A program made the translations under genes and the position numbers. Below the pieces are notes generated by a model that saw nothing but the letters and a program-made list of their open reading frames with translations, ran no database searches and was not told where the DNA came from. Of a stretch of 64,000 bases of DNA, positions 36,273 through 45,557 are shown piece by piece. How positions within the stretch are numbered: position 1 is the first letter of the stretch; every line of letters starts with the position of its first letter. Source of the stretch: an uncultured delta proteobacterium (GTDB taxonomy: Bacteria; Myxococcota_A; Polyangia; Polyangiales; Houyiibacteriaceae); assembly GCA_963699755.1 (NCBI GenBank), contig CAVOVB010000001.1:736001-800000 (forward strand). The letters run 5' to 3'.

Positions 36273-36479
36273 TCAGCTGAGAACGCCTGGCTGAGACTGG
36301 ACAGTGAGCTGGTCCGAGGCCACCGGCGGCGACGGGCTCCAATGCACCTGTGTGAGCAGGACCGGGATCGCGACGAGCAAGATCGCGACGACCGGGTGCT
36401 TGCGGATGGACTTGCCGATGTACTCGGCGCGTTGTTGCTTGGCCTGTTCGATGATGGCGGAGATGTTTTGTGCTTGCAT
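36273..36479 (-). CDS. Small single-TM hypothetical protein (68 aa)
   Basis: GAGGAG SD before ATG 36479, an amphipathic N-terminal helix and one TM segment. Confidence 0.6.
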   Translation of the reverse strand: MQAQNISAIIEQAKQQRAEYIGKSIRKHPVVAILLVAIPVLLTQVHWSPSPPVASDQLTVQSQPGVLS

Positions 36480-36659
36480 GGGGTCGCTCCTCTTGGATGT
36501 GTTGACTGACTTCTGAAGCACGACCCGTGCCAACCCAAAAGCTCAATGCTTTCGGCGCCGGCTGCCGGAGAGAACCGGCACGATGACGTCGTTGGTCGCC
36601 GTCTTCGACGTCGGGCGTCGTCGACGGGGACACGCCAGAGATGGACGAAACCTGGGTTC

Positions 36660-37619
36660 CTACCCGTACGAAGCCGCGAACGCGTCGATGAAGGCGTCGA
36701 GCTGGTCGGCCGGGAGCGCGTTGATCCCGGCGGCTGCAGCCCGGCCGCCACCGGTTGAGAACTTCCGGCAGAGCTCGTCGGCGCCCTTTCCGTCGTCGAG
36801 TGGTGCGCGGACGCTGACGAGGTAGGTGCCGTTGGCGCGTTCGGTGAGGACCGCATGTGCGCGACCCGGCGCGCCGTTGGCGAGTTCATTGCTGTAGACG
36901 CCGGATACGCGGCGCGCCCAGGCTTCGTTCGGTAGGATGACGACGGCGGTCTTCTCGGATTGCCGGATCGGTTTCACCGCGGCGGCCGCGGCCATATCGA
37001 CTCGGTAGCCCGACTCGAGCTTCTCGAAGGCGTCGGGCGCGTCTTCGATGAAGGCGAAGGGCGTCGGGTACGGGCGCACGAGCTCGAAGAGCTCCGCAGG
37101 GGCGAAGTGCAAATCATCGAGCGAAGAGCCGTAGCCGTTGTAGTTCATGTAGATGCCGAGGTTCTCGAGGAGGCCTAACTCTTCTTCGGTGAGGTCGAGG
37201 GGCCCTGCGATCGTCCGCGCGCTGGCTTTGAGATTGTCGCCAAAGGCGCCGGTCACTGCCCATTCGACGTGACGCCCCTCGAGATAGCCGTTGATGAGCA
37301 GGCTGGTGCAGACCTTGGGGTCCGGGTCGATGATCGTCGTGAGCAGATCGTTTTCGGGAATTTCACCCGCAAAGTGATGGTCGACGTAGAAGACCTCCGC
37401 GCCCGCTTCGAGTGCCCTGAGGACGCCATCGCGATTCTTGTCGAAGCTGAGGTCGAGGACGGTGACCCGATCGCCGGCGGCCACCTGGGCCTTTGCAACC
37501 AGGGCGATGTCTCGCTTCACTCCGGTGATGAGGTTGCTTTCCACGGGCTCGGCATTGCGCAGCTGGGCGAGCGCGCAGATGCCATCGGCGTCGCCGTTGA
37601 AAATGTCGATCTGACCCAT
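36660..37619 (-). CDS. DHH family phosphoesterase
   Basis: FNGDADG, VLD, VDHH, and DHHA1-like SVRAP...GGGRAAAAG. Start is ATG 37619. Confidence 0.85.
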   Translation of the reverse strand: MGQIDIFNGDADGICALAQLRNAEPVESNLITGVKRDIALVAKAQVAAGDRVTVLDLSFDKNRDGVLRALEAGAEVFYVDHHFAGEIPENDLLTTIIDPDPKVCTSLLINGYLEGRHVEWAVTGAFGDNLKASARTIAGPLDLTEEELGLLENLGIYMNYNGYGSSLDDLHFAPAELFELVRPYPTPFAFIEDAPDAFEKLESGYRVDMAAAAAVKPIRQSEKTAVVILPNEAWARRVSGVYSNELANGAPGRAHAVLTERANGTYLVSVRAPLDDGKGADELCRKFSTGGGRAAAAGINALPADQLDAFIDAFAASYG

Positions 37620-37627
37620 GAGGGTTT

Positions 37628-38368
37628 CTAACCCGCGGACGGAAAACGCGCGAGCCCTCTTCGATGCGCGAATCTCCGGAACCAGGCGCGTGCGATCACG
37701 AATGGGATGGCGAAGAGCACGTGGCGGAGGCGGATCCCGCTCTTCTCCGAGCCGTAGACCGGACGCACCGAGACTTCGTGCATCCGCAATCCGCTGATCG
37801 TCAAGCAGCTGAGAAGATCGTTTGGATAGCCGTACGTCTTCCACAAGCGGTCCCAGTCGAGCGCTCGCTTGGCGCGACGATTCATCGCTACGTAGCCGCA
37901 CTGCGAATCCTGGATTTCGATGCCGATCGCGCGCCTCGTGAACGCTGAGAAGAGGCGATTGCCGAGCCATCGATGCCAGGGCATCGAGGCATTCGCGCCG
38001 GGCCAGCCGAGGCGATTGCCCTTCACATAGTCGGCTTCGCCGTCCAGGAGGGGCGCGAGCAAGCTGGGCAGATCGACCGGGTCCATTTGCCCGTCGGCTG
38101 CCATGACAGCCGTGATGGCCGCGCCGAGCAGGAGCGCGTGCCTGCAGCCGGTCGCAATTGCAGCGCCGACGCCTTGGTTGGTTTCGTGCCGCAGAAGCGC
38201 CACCGGACGCAAGCTCGCCTGCGCGATTTCGGAGGTCGCGTCGGTGCTCGCGTCATCGACGACGATCAGGTGATCGACAAAGCACGGAACGCTCTCTATC
38301 GCCGCGCCGATCAAGCGCGCTTCATTGAACGCCGGCATGACGACCGCGATTGTTCTGCCTGCAAGCAC
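37628..38368 (-). CDS. Glycosyltransferase family 2
   Basis: AVVMPAFNE, VVDDASTD, NQGVGAAI, MAADGQMDP and DSQCGY. Confidence 0.88.
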   Translation of the reverse strand: MLAGRTIAVVMPAFNEARLIGAAIESVPCFVDHLIVVDDASTDATSEIAQASLRPVALLRHETNQGVGAAIATGCRHALLLGAAITAVMAADGQMDPVDLPSLLAPLLDGEADYVKGNRLGWPGANASMPWHRWLGNRLFSAFTRRAIGIEIQDSQCGYVAMNRRAKRALDWDRLWKTYGYPNDLLSCLTISGLRMHEVSVRPVYGSEKSGIRLRHVLFAIPFVIARAWFRRFAHRRGLARFPSAG

Positions 38369-38423
38369 TGCCGCTCACTCAATCACTTGCCGGGCGCAGT
38401 CGCAAGGCGTAACCCCTGATCAA

Positions 38424-39452
38424 ATGGCCGAGGTCCTCTTCGTGTCCAAGCCGGTCGTCCCGCCTTGGAACGACAGTAGCAAGAATTTGGTCCGCGACAT
38501 CGCGGGACATCTAGAGCGCCACGAGCCCATCCTGGCGAAGAGCGCGGGTCGCATGGCCATCTTTGAGAAGCTGCTCCTGGGCCGCTCGCCCGAGGTTTGG
38601 CATTTCTTCTTCGCGCCAAACCTGAGGTCCTCGTCGGCGGCGCGCCTTGCTCGCGCGGTCCGCAGGGTACCGAGCGTGCACACCGTCTGCAGCCTGCCGG
38701 CCGAGGGCGTCGCAACGCGGATGCTCCTCTTCGCCGACCGGACCGTGGCCCTTTCTCGGTTCGCGTACGATCGCTTCATCCGAGAGGGCGTCAGCGAGAG
38801 CGCTCTTCGCCTGATTCCGCCCTGTGTGCCTGCGCTCGCGGCGCCAAGCGATCGCGAGCGTGCCGAGCTTCGCAACAAGCACGGGCTTCCCAACGGCGTG
38901 CCGGTTTGGATCTACCCGGGCGATGTCGAGTTCGGCGACGGGGCACAGATCGCGCTCGAAGGCTTCGCAACAGCGAACCGCCGCGACGCGATTCTCTTGA
39001 TGGCCTGCCGCCGAAAGACACCAGCCGCAGATGAGGCGCTTTCCCGGCTCCACGCCCAAGCCAAAGGCTGGGGCATCGACCGTCGGGTCCTCTGGCCAGG
39101 AGACACCGTGCACATTCAGGATCTGCTCGCGCTCAGCGACTTCGTGCTGATGGTGAACCGTACGGCCTACGCGAAGATGGACTACCCCATGGTTGCGCTT
39201 GAAGCGATGTGCCTCGAGCGGCCGGTGCTGGTCGCCGAGGGGACCCCATCTGCGGAGCTCGCCGAAATGGGCGGGGCGTTTGCAATCGAGCCAAGCGCGG
39301 ATGCCCTGGCCGAGGCGATCGAAACTCTCAGCAGCGACGACGCTCGCCGAAAAGCGCTCGGTGCGAAAGCCCACACCCTCGTCACCTCGAAGTTCTCTCC
39401 ACGAGAAGTCGCAGCAGCTTACGAGCTGCTCTACGAGGAAGTCCGTGCCTGA
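38424..39452 (+). CDS. Glycosyltransferase family 4
   Basis: GT-B pattern KMDYPMVALEAMCLERPV and YELLYEE C-terminus. Start is ATG 38424. Confidence 0.8.
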   Translation: MAEVLFVSKPVVPPWNDSSKNLVRDIAGHLERHEPILAKSAGRMAIFEKLLLGRSPEVWHFFFAPNLRSSSAARLARAVRRVPSVHTVCSLPAEGVATRMLLFADRTVALSRFAYDRFIREGVSESALRLIPPCVPALAAPSDRERAELRNKHGLPNGVPVWIYPGDVEFGDGAQIALEGFATANRRDAILLMACRRKTPAADEALSRLHAQAKGWGIDRRVLWPGDTVHIQDLLALSDFVLMVNRTAYAKMDYPMVALEAMCLERPVLVAEGTPSAELAEMGGAFAIEPSADALAEAIETLSSDDARRKALGAKAHTLVTSKFSPREVAAAYELLYEEVRA

Positions 39453-40167
39453 TTCGGGCGAAGCCGAAGCAAGGCGCTACTATGACGACTTCAGCGAGTC
39501 GTATGATCAGGCGCGTGGCCGCGGCTACCACCGGATGATCGATCAGCTCGAGCTCGATCTAACCGAGCCATACGCGCGCAACGCGCGTGTCCTCGAGCTA
39601 GGCTGCGGCACCGGCTTGATCCTCGAACGGGTGGCTGAGATTGCAAAGGAAGCGGTCGGCATCGACCTCTCGAAGAAGATGGCACAACGCGCGATGGATC
39701 GCGGCCTCGATGTACGCATCGGAAGCATCTGCGACCTCCCCTTCGAAGACGAGCGCTTCGACCTCTGCTACAGCTTCAAGGTGCTGGCCCACGTCCCCAA
39801 CATCGACGCAGCGATTCGCGAGGCCGCGCGCGTTACCCGGCGCGGCGGACACCTCTTGCTGGAGTTCTACAACCCTTGGAGCCTCCGCTATCTCGCCAAG
39901 AAGGCGACCGGGCCTCGACCGATCGGTCGCGGCCGCAGCGAGGCGGACATCTCGACGCGCTGGGACTCGCCTCCCTCCATTCGAAGGCTCTTGCCGACCA
40001 ACCTCGAGCTGGTGGACTACTACGGCGTCCGTGTGATCACGCCCTTTGCCGCCGTCCACCGCATCCCAGGCCTGGCGCAGGGCTTGAGCCGCGCCGAGCA
40101 GCTCGCGAGCCGTTCCCCGCTCCGATACTTCGGCGGCTTCCTGGTCGCGGTACTGCGCAAATCGTGA
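39445..40167 (+). CDS. Class I SAM-dependent methyltransferase
   Basis: VLELGCGTG, GIDLS, LPFEDERFD and VLAHV. GTG start overlaps the GT4 end. Confidence 0.88.
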   Translation: MPDSGEAEARRYYDDFSESYDQARGRGYHRMIDQLELDLTEPYARNARVLELGCGTGLILERVAEIAKEAVGIDLSKKMAQRAMDRGLDVRIGSICDLPFEDERFDLCYSFKVLAHVPNIDAAIREAARVTRRGGHLLLEFYNPWSLRYLAKKATGPRPIGRGRSEADISTRWDSPPSIRRLLPTNLELVDYYGVRVITPFAAVHRIPGLAQGLSRAEQLASRSPLRYFGGFLVAVLRKS

Positions 40168-40183
40168 TGAGACGGGCTTCGGT

Positions 40184-40900
40184 CTAGGCGACGAGGCGCA
40201 CATCGACCTCGTGCGATCGCACGGGCCGATACTGCGCTGGGCGATCGACCCCGAGGTCGCGGCGTACGTCTTCAACGGGGCGCGCGAGCCATTGGTGCCA
40301 GGGCACTTCGAGAAACCACGACGCGCGCTTCGCACGGCGGCGACCGTTGAGGATCACCCCACGGGCATCGAGGTTGCGGTCGGTGACGCGGCCGATCTTG
40401 AACCAGGCCATCGACGCGATCATGCCGACGCCGATGTTCCCGGTTTGCCCGTGGGTGAACGCCAAGAGCGCCGCCTCCCCAACCAGGTCGCCTTCGTAGC
40501 CGAGGACTGCATGCCAGAGGTCGTGGCTGTCGCGTAACCAATTGCGAATCCAAAGGTACTCCGCCGCGGCATCACGCCGGCTTTCGACGTCCGACGCTTC
40601 GACCAGGCCGTCCGCGGTGATTCCCTCGGCTTCGACGAACGCCAAGTATTCACGGCCAAGGCTTCCCTCTGGCAAGGCACGAAGCGCGTCGCGATCTTGT
40701 AGCAGGGGAATCAAGTCCGGCTGTTCGGCAAGAAGCCGGCGCCCTTGCTCGCTCTTCTGAAGCCGATTGCGCATCCGAACCAGGGCGGGCCCTTGCATGG
40801 CTTCGATGATCTCGAAGACCTGTTGGGTGTCATCGGGATCCGCAAAGAGCTCTCGCATGGCGCGCGCTGCCTTCAGAGGCCGCATGGACCGAATGTTCAT
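40184..40900 (-). CDS. Coq4 family protein
   Basis: LRALPEGSLGREY and metal motif HDLWH..LGY....GE. Confidence 0.85.
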   Translation of the reverse strand: MNIRSMRPLKAARAMRELFADPDDTQQVFEIIEAMQGPALVRMRNRLQKSEQGRRLLAEQPDLIPLLQDRDALRALPEGSLGREYLAFVEAEGITADGLVEASDVESRRDAAAEYLWIRNWLRDSHDLWHAVLGYEGDLVGEAALLAFTHGQTGNIGVGMIASMAWFKIGRVTDRNLDARGVILNGRRRAKRASWFLEVPWHQWLARPVEDVRRDLGVDRPAQYRPVRSHEVDVRLVA

Positions 40901-40960
40901 CGAGCGTCCCTATAGCCGGGATCCTGACTGCGATCATGCAGAACCAGGCGGCGGGGCGCT

Positions 40961-43900
40961 CTACTCGGAGGTCACTTGAATCTCGTCGAGCCCGATTTTC
41001 TCGCCGACCAGAACCACCCGCAAGGCGTGTGCGCCCTTGGTGAGCTTGACGCGCAGGGGTGCGGCCACGCCGTCTTCCATGGAGCCAAGCTCGATGAGTG
41101 GCTCGCCGTCGACTTCGAGAATCAGGCGACCCGTGCCGCTCCCTTTGATGCGAATCCCGAAAGTCCCCGTCTTGGGAGCGAGCAGCATCCAAGCGTGCCA
41201 CTCCTGACCGGCCTTGTTGAGGCAGGGCACGTATTGGCGCCAGCCGCTCACCTCGGCGCTGTGCGACCAATCCGTGTCGTCGATCCGAAGGGTGGCCGGC
41301 AGCGCCCGACCGTAGGTAGGCTCTGCGCGCAGCCGCTCCGACGCTGCTCGAAAGCTCCGCATGATCGGATAACTCGAGGCGCCGGCGAAGTCATAGCTCG
41401 GCCAGTAAGTGTACACACCCCAGACCGGAAGGAAGCTCCCCGATTGATCCCAAAGCATTATCGCCTGGTCGTTGATCTCGGTCGCACGGGGATCCCGAAG
41501 CTTGACCCAGTTCTGAATCGGCACCTGCCAGAAATCTCCGCCGAGCGACCAACCCGACTCATAGGCAACGACCTGAAGGCCGAACGCGCGCGCGTAACGG
41601 GCTTGCGAATTGAGCTGGTAGGCGAGGTCGGGAACGCCCTCCTGGCCCTGCGCCTCGCCCTTGGCAAATCCGCTCGTCAAGATTGCGTCGGCGCTCGCCA
41701 CTCGAACGGTGTCGATCACGAGGTAGTTCGGGTCATCGTCTCGACCGATGAACGTGATCCTATGCGTCCCCGGTTCTTCGATTTCAAAGACCGCGCTACC
41801 CCACTCTCCTTCGAGGCTGTTGATGTTTCGAAACCAGCCGCCGATCTCTGCGGTGTCCGGGCTTACTCGCGGGTCGCTCTGGTCGCGTGGGCTAATCTTC
41901 TGCTGGTCGAGAAGAATGTCGAACCGCGCGTATTGCGGCCAGCCTTCCGCGACGCCCGCTGCGCTGAACGCAATGGCGTACGAGCCGGCCTTCGTGAATC
42001 GGACCTGCTGGCTGATCGACCCCTTCCCGATCAAGAAGGCGGCCTGCTTACCGTCCACTGGCTTCGGAAGGTTCTTGAAACCGTCGATCTCTTTGCCTTC
42101 TTTCGGACGAATCAGCCCCGCTTCGCCTTCGAAAGCCCAAGCCGACCCCGAGGGCCGAGCCTTGCGCGTACCGGCGCCAATCGAAACCTGTTCGAAGCTG
42201 GGGTCCTCGAAGACAGCGCCCGATTGCTGCCCGGCTCTGTCCTCGAGCCCGTAGTACGCCGCGCCCCCGCCACCCCAGACGTAGTAGCTGACCGGGTGCG
42301 GGTCGCTCACGTTCTGACTGGAGCGGTTGTTGTAGTACGCGTCGATGAAGTCGAGGGACGCAAGCGCGGTCTCCTGGTAGTTGTCGTACTGATACTCGAT
42401 GAGGATTCGAACCCGTGAGCCCATCGCGGCGTCGCCCCAGATGCGCCGGAAGGTCTTGCTGGTCTGCACAGTCCGCGTTGCATGCCAGCGCCGCATTGCG
42501 GGCGCCCACTCGGGGTTGCCCGCCCGGCCATCGAAGTCGATCGCCTTCCAGGCGTCGGAACCGTTCTCATGTGCCTCGACCGTCAGCCGTTGCGCGGTAA
42601 TGGTCGACTCGAACCCCCAGTTCCAAATCTCATTGTCGGTCTCGACATAGAGACGCAAGTTGACATTGAGCGGTGGATAGACCGGGTTGGCGGTTGGCTG
42701 ACGATAGGGCTCGCGGCCATCACTCCCATAAAGCAGCAGAAGCGCCAGCTTTTCGAGGTACTCGTCGTTGGCACCGACCGGGATGGTGATGTAGAGGTCT
42801 GCCCCGGTTTCGTTGGCGAGCATCACCAGGTACTCCCAGTTCGGTTGGCCGCTCGCCCCGAGAATGAAGGGGTAGTCCGGCAGCGTGCGCCTGGACCATT
42901 CCCCGCCTACGTCCTTGTCCGAGATCACCCAGCGGATGAGGGTGTAGTGGTTCTCGACGATCCGTTTGAACGGGCGATAGACGATCTCGTCCGGTCGATG
43001 ATGCTCTGCACTGCCCTGTGCGATCGGCCGCATGAGCTTCACGCGTGCCACGCCATCATCGCTGCTTCCGGGTCGACGCTGAGTGTTGTTCAGTTGCAAC
43101 ATCGTCCGCGACCCATCGAGCGCCATCGTTGCGGTCGTCGTGTTCGTTGCCGCTTCGTACCCGGCGCCTTTTGGCAGGGTGTATTCGAACTTGCGCCCGT
43201 CGGCTTGAAAGATCGGATGAGTACAGCACTCCTGCTTGACCTCGGCTTGGCCCTCGAAGCTGAGCAGGTAGGTGCCCGACATTTCCGGCGAGCTCGGGTA
43301 GAACATTTCGCTCAAGACCAGCTCGACCCCCGAGCGGCTCGGCCAACCTTCTGCGTCGATCCCGGCCTCACCATCCGCGTAGCGCCTGCTCTTCATCAAG
43401 TCCGCCCAGACGTAGTCGTGCCAGATGTTCTGGTTGATGTTGATTCCCTGCTGACGAACCGGATCGATCACCTCCGGAGGAGTGCTCGCGCTCTTCCAAA
43501 GCAGTCGGCACTTCGCGCTGCCGCTGAGCTCGCGGTACTCGACCTCGATTTCGTAGAGCTCTCCCTTTCGCATGGGGAGCGTATTCGACTCGAACGCCCC
43601 CGATTCGTTCCATCGGTCGACGACTGTGCTCCACTCCGATGCGCCGGGTGCTCGCACCCTGACGCGAATGCCATCGTCCGCCTCGCCGAGGAACGTGTAG
43701 GCCTCGCCGAACCTCGGAATGATCTTACCTGCCCAACGAACCGAAAATCCGTCCCTGGGGAACGAACGGTACGGCTCTGCTGTGGAGCCTCCCACAGGCC
43801 GAAAGTCTTCCCAGTCGAAGTCGACACGCAAGTCGCGTCGACTGAACGAAGGCGTGCCTTCCAAGTTGGGGTTCGTGTAATAGCTGCCCTTCAACCCAGA

Positions 43901-45469
43901 GTCAGCAAAGCCGCCCCCCACCGCATCTGGCGCGGACGCGGCCACCGGACTCGCGAGGAGCAAGGCGACCACCGCTACCACGCCTGCCAGGTGCGGAGCC
44001 CCCGAGCTGCTCTTGGCTTGCTGCGCCGCAGCGATCCGCGCCTCCCTATTCTTGCGTCGCATCAGGGCAGCTTCCTGCAGAATCCCGGTCACGCAACCCA
44101 AGAGCGCGCCGCTCAAAACGAAAGCCAGTCCACTGAAGTCAGCATTGGGGATCATGTCGAAGGCCGCGAAGCCAATCATGAGCCCGAGCCCGGACAAGAG
44201 ACGCCGGTCGGAATCTCGCGGCACGAATCTCGCGCGCCGGAGCAACAGCAAGAGAGGAAAGAGCATCAGGCCGAACCTGCTGGCGAAGCCCACGATTCCG
44301 CTGTCGCCGAGCTGAATGATCCACTCGCCGTCGCGCGTCGACGAAAGGTGGCCGGACCAGGGCTCGAAGAGACAGGCGCGGCAATAGCTTCCCCAGCCGA
44401 ACCAGGGGCGCTCCATCGCGCGCTCGAGCAGGAGCTCTTCGTTCTCCAGTCTGAACATCATCGAGTGGGCCCGAGCTGGCCCGTACTCTTCTTCGGCCCA
44501 GGCTTTGAGATCATCGACGGGGATCCATTCGTTCGCGCGTGCGATTGGATAGGCTAGCAGGAGGCAAACCAAGACCGTACCCACCAGGACTTGAACCTTT
44601 GGACGCGCGAACAGGATGATCGGTACCGCCACGGTCGTGTAGAGAAGCGACGCTACGCTCTTGGTGGAAGCCAGGACGATCCAGAGGTACGCGGTGACCC
44701 CAGCCGCCGGAAATCGGAGGATTCTGACCCCGCCTTTGTGCATGGAAGCGGCCGCCAAAACCGACAGCGAGGTGAACAGAGCGACCGCGAGCCCGTGAGC
44801 CATGAACACCATGGGGCGATACCCGCCCGCGCGTATAGTCTGATTGAAACCGTGCTGATGGAAGCCGTAGACCCAGCGGTGAAGTTGAGGGCTCATGATC
44901 AGCTCGACGAACATGAGGAGCGAATAGAGCATTGCCGAAATGGCCATGATGCTGAGCAGAGTCCGGAGGTCTTTCGAGGTCCGGAACATCACGGAGCCCA
45001 AATAGAACGGAAGTATCGTGCTGAGCAGGGCAATTACGATCGCATGAACCGCATCGTAGGGCGCCTGTCCAGGCACGAATCGCGACCCGACTCGGAACCC
45101 ATCGAAGTTCAAGAAGATCGTGAGCACCGAGCCGACGAGAAACAGGCCGACGAGGAACCTGACCCCTTTGCTCTTGGGCCCCGACCTCAGACGCTGGCGG
45201 TGAAAGAGCAATGCGCCGATCAATATCCAGACGAAGATGATCTCGAGCTTCGCGAACTCGGGAAGCCCAGCCGGCTTGAAGAAGACGACCTCGGGAAGGA
45301 GCAAGAGCCCACCGAAGTAGAGCGTGGCCGTCGCCCTCGCGGGAGGCCACCGCCGCATCCCCCAGATCGCAATGGGAATCCAGATGAAGAAGGCGAGGAG
45401 GCTGAATATGTTACCGCCGGTATAATAAGACACGCTCGCTTCGCCTGATCCTCGATACGATCGTGCCAT
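40961..45469 (-). CDS. Fusion of O-antigen ligase/Wzy-like membrane domain, PA14 domain and putative clan GH-A glycoside hydrolase with beta-sandwich modules
   Basis: aa 1-470 multi-TM with GYRPMVFMAHGL and ERPWFGWG. PA14 GLKGSYY...VDFDW...FSVRWAG..ADDG. Then WEYLVMLANETGAD.YITIP, YVETDNEIWN and AYESG. Confidence 0.75.
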   Translation of the reverse strand: MARSYRGSGEASVSYYTGGNIFSLLAFFIWIPIAIWGMRRWPPARATATLYFGGLLLLPEVVFFKPAGLPEFAKLEIIFVWILIGALLFHRQRLRSGPKSKGVRFLVGLFLVGSVLTIFLNFDGFRVGSRFVPGQAPYDAVHAIVIALLSTILPFYLGSVMFRTSKDLRTLLSIMAISAMLYSLLMFVELIMSPQLHRWVYGFHQHGFNQTIRAGGYRPMVFMAHGLAVALFTSLSVLAAASMHKGGVRILRFPAAGVTAYLWIVLASTKSVASLLYTTVAVPIILFARPKVQVLVGTVLVCLLLAYPIARANEWIPVDDLKAWAEEEYGPARAHSMMFRLENEELLLERAMERPWFGWGSYCRACLFEPWSGHLSSTRDGEWIIQLGDSGIVGFASRFGLMLFPLLLLLRRARFVPRDSDRRLLSGLGLMIGFAAFDMIPNADFSGLAFVLSGALLGCVTGILQEAALMRRKNREARIAAAQQAKSSSGAPHLAGVVAVVALLLASPVAASAPDAVGGGFADSGLKGSYYTNPNLEGTPSFSRRDLRVDFDWEDFRPVGGSTAEPYRSFPRDGFSVRWAGKIIPRFGEAYTFLGEADDGIRVRVRAPGASEWSTVVDRWNESGAFESNTLPMRKGELYEIEVEYRELSGSAKCRLLWKSASTPPEVIDPVRQQGININQNIWHDYVWADLMKSRRYADGEAGIDAEGWPSRSGVELVLSEMFYPSSPEMSGTYLLSFEGQAEVKQECCTHPIFQADGRKFEYTLPKGAGYEAATNTTTATMALDGSRTMLQLNNTQRRPGSSDDGVARVKLMRPIAQGSAEHHRPDEIVYRPFKRIVENHYTLIRWVISDKDVGGEWSRRTLPDYPFILGASGQPNWEYLVMLANETGADLYITIPVGANDEYLEKLALLLLYGSDGREPYRQPTANPVYPPLNVNLRLYVETDNEIWNWGFESTITAQRLTVEAHENGSDAWKAIDFDGRAGNPEWAPAMRRWHATRTVQTSKTFRRIWGDAAMGSRVRILIEYQYDNYQETALASLDFIDAYYNNRSSQNVSDPHPVSYYVWGGGGAAYYGLEDRAGQQSGAVFEDPSFEQVSIGAGTRKARPSGSAWAFEGEAGLIRPKEGKEIDGFKNLPKPVDGKQAAFLIGKGSISQQVRFTKAGSYAIAFSAAGVAEGWPQYARFDILLDQQKISPRDQSDPRVSPDTAEIGGWFRNINSLEGEWGSAVFEIEEPGTHRITFIGRDDDPNYLVIDTVRVASADAILTSGFAKGEAQGQEGVPDLAYQLNSQARYARAFGLQVVAYESGWSLGGDFWQVPIQNWVKLRDPRATEINDQAIMLWDQSGSFLPVWGVYTYWPSYDFAGASSYPIMRSFRAASERLRAEPTYGRALPATLRIDDTDWSHSAEVSGWRQYVPCLNKAGQEWHAWMLLAPKTGTFGIRIKGSGTGRLILEVDGEPLIELGSMEDGVAAPLRVKLTKGAHALRVVLVGEKIGLDEIQVTSE

Positions 45470-45557
45470 GGAAGCGGCGGAGCCACCAGGCCGGCCGCCG
45501 CGCTCGTGCGTTTACCCTTGCCCGTCGAGCGGGTCTTTGACGGCGATCTGACCTATA

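Noticed and set aside
36525..36600. CCAAC...GTTGG segment resembling an integron attC
   Set aside because: The inner L boxes do not pair, it is a single copy, and no integrase is in the window.
36660..40167. DHH, GT2, GT4 and methyltransferase genes as a novel pathway
   Set aside because: Common families in two divergent pairs, with no specific evidence for a shared product.
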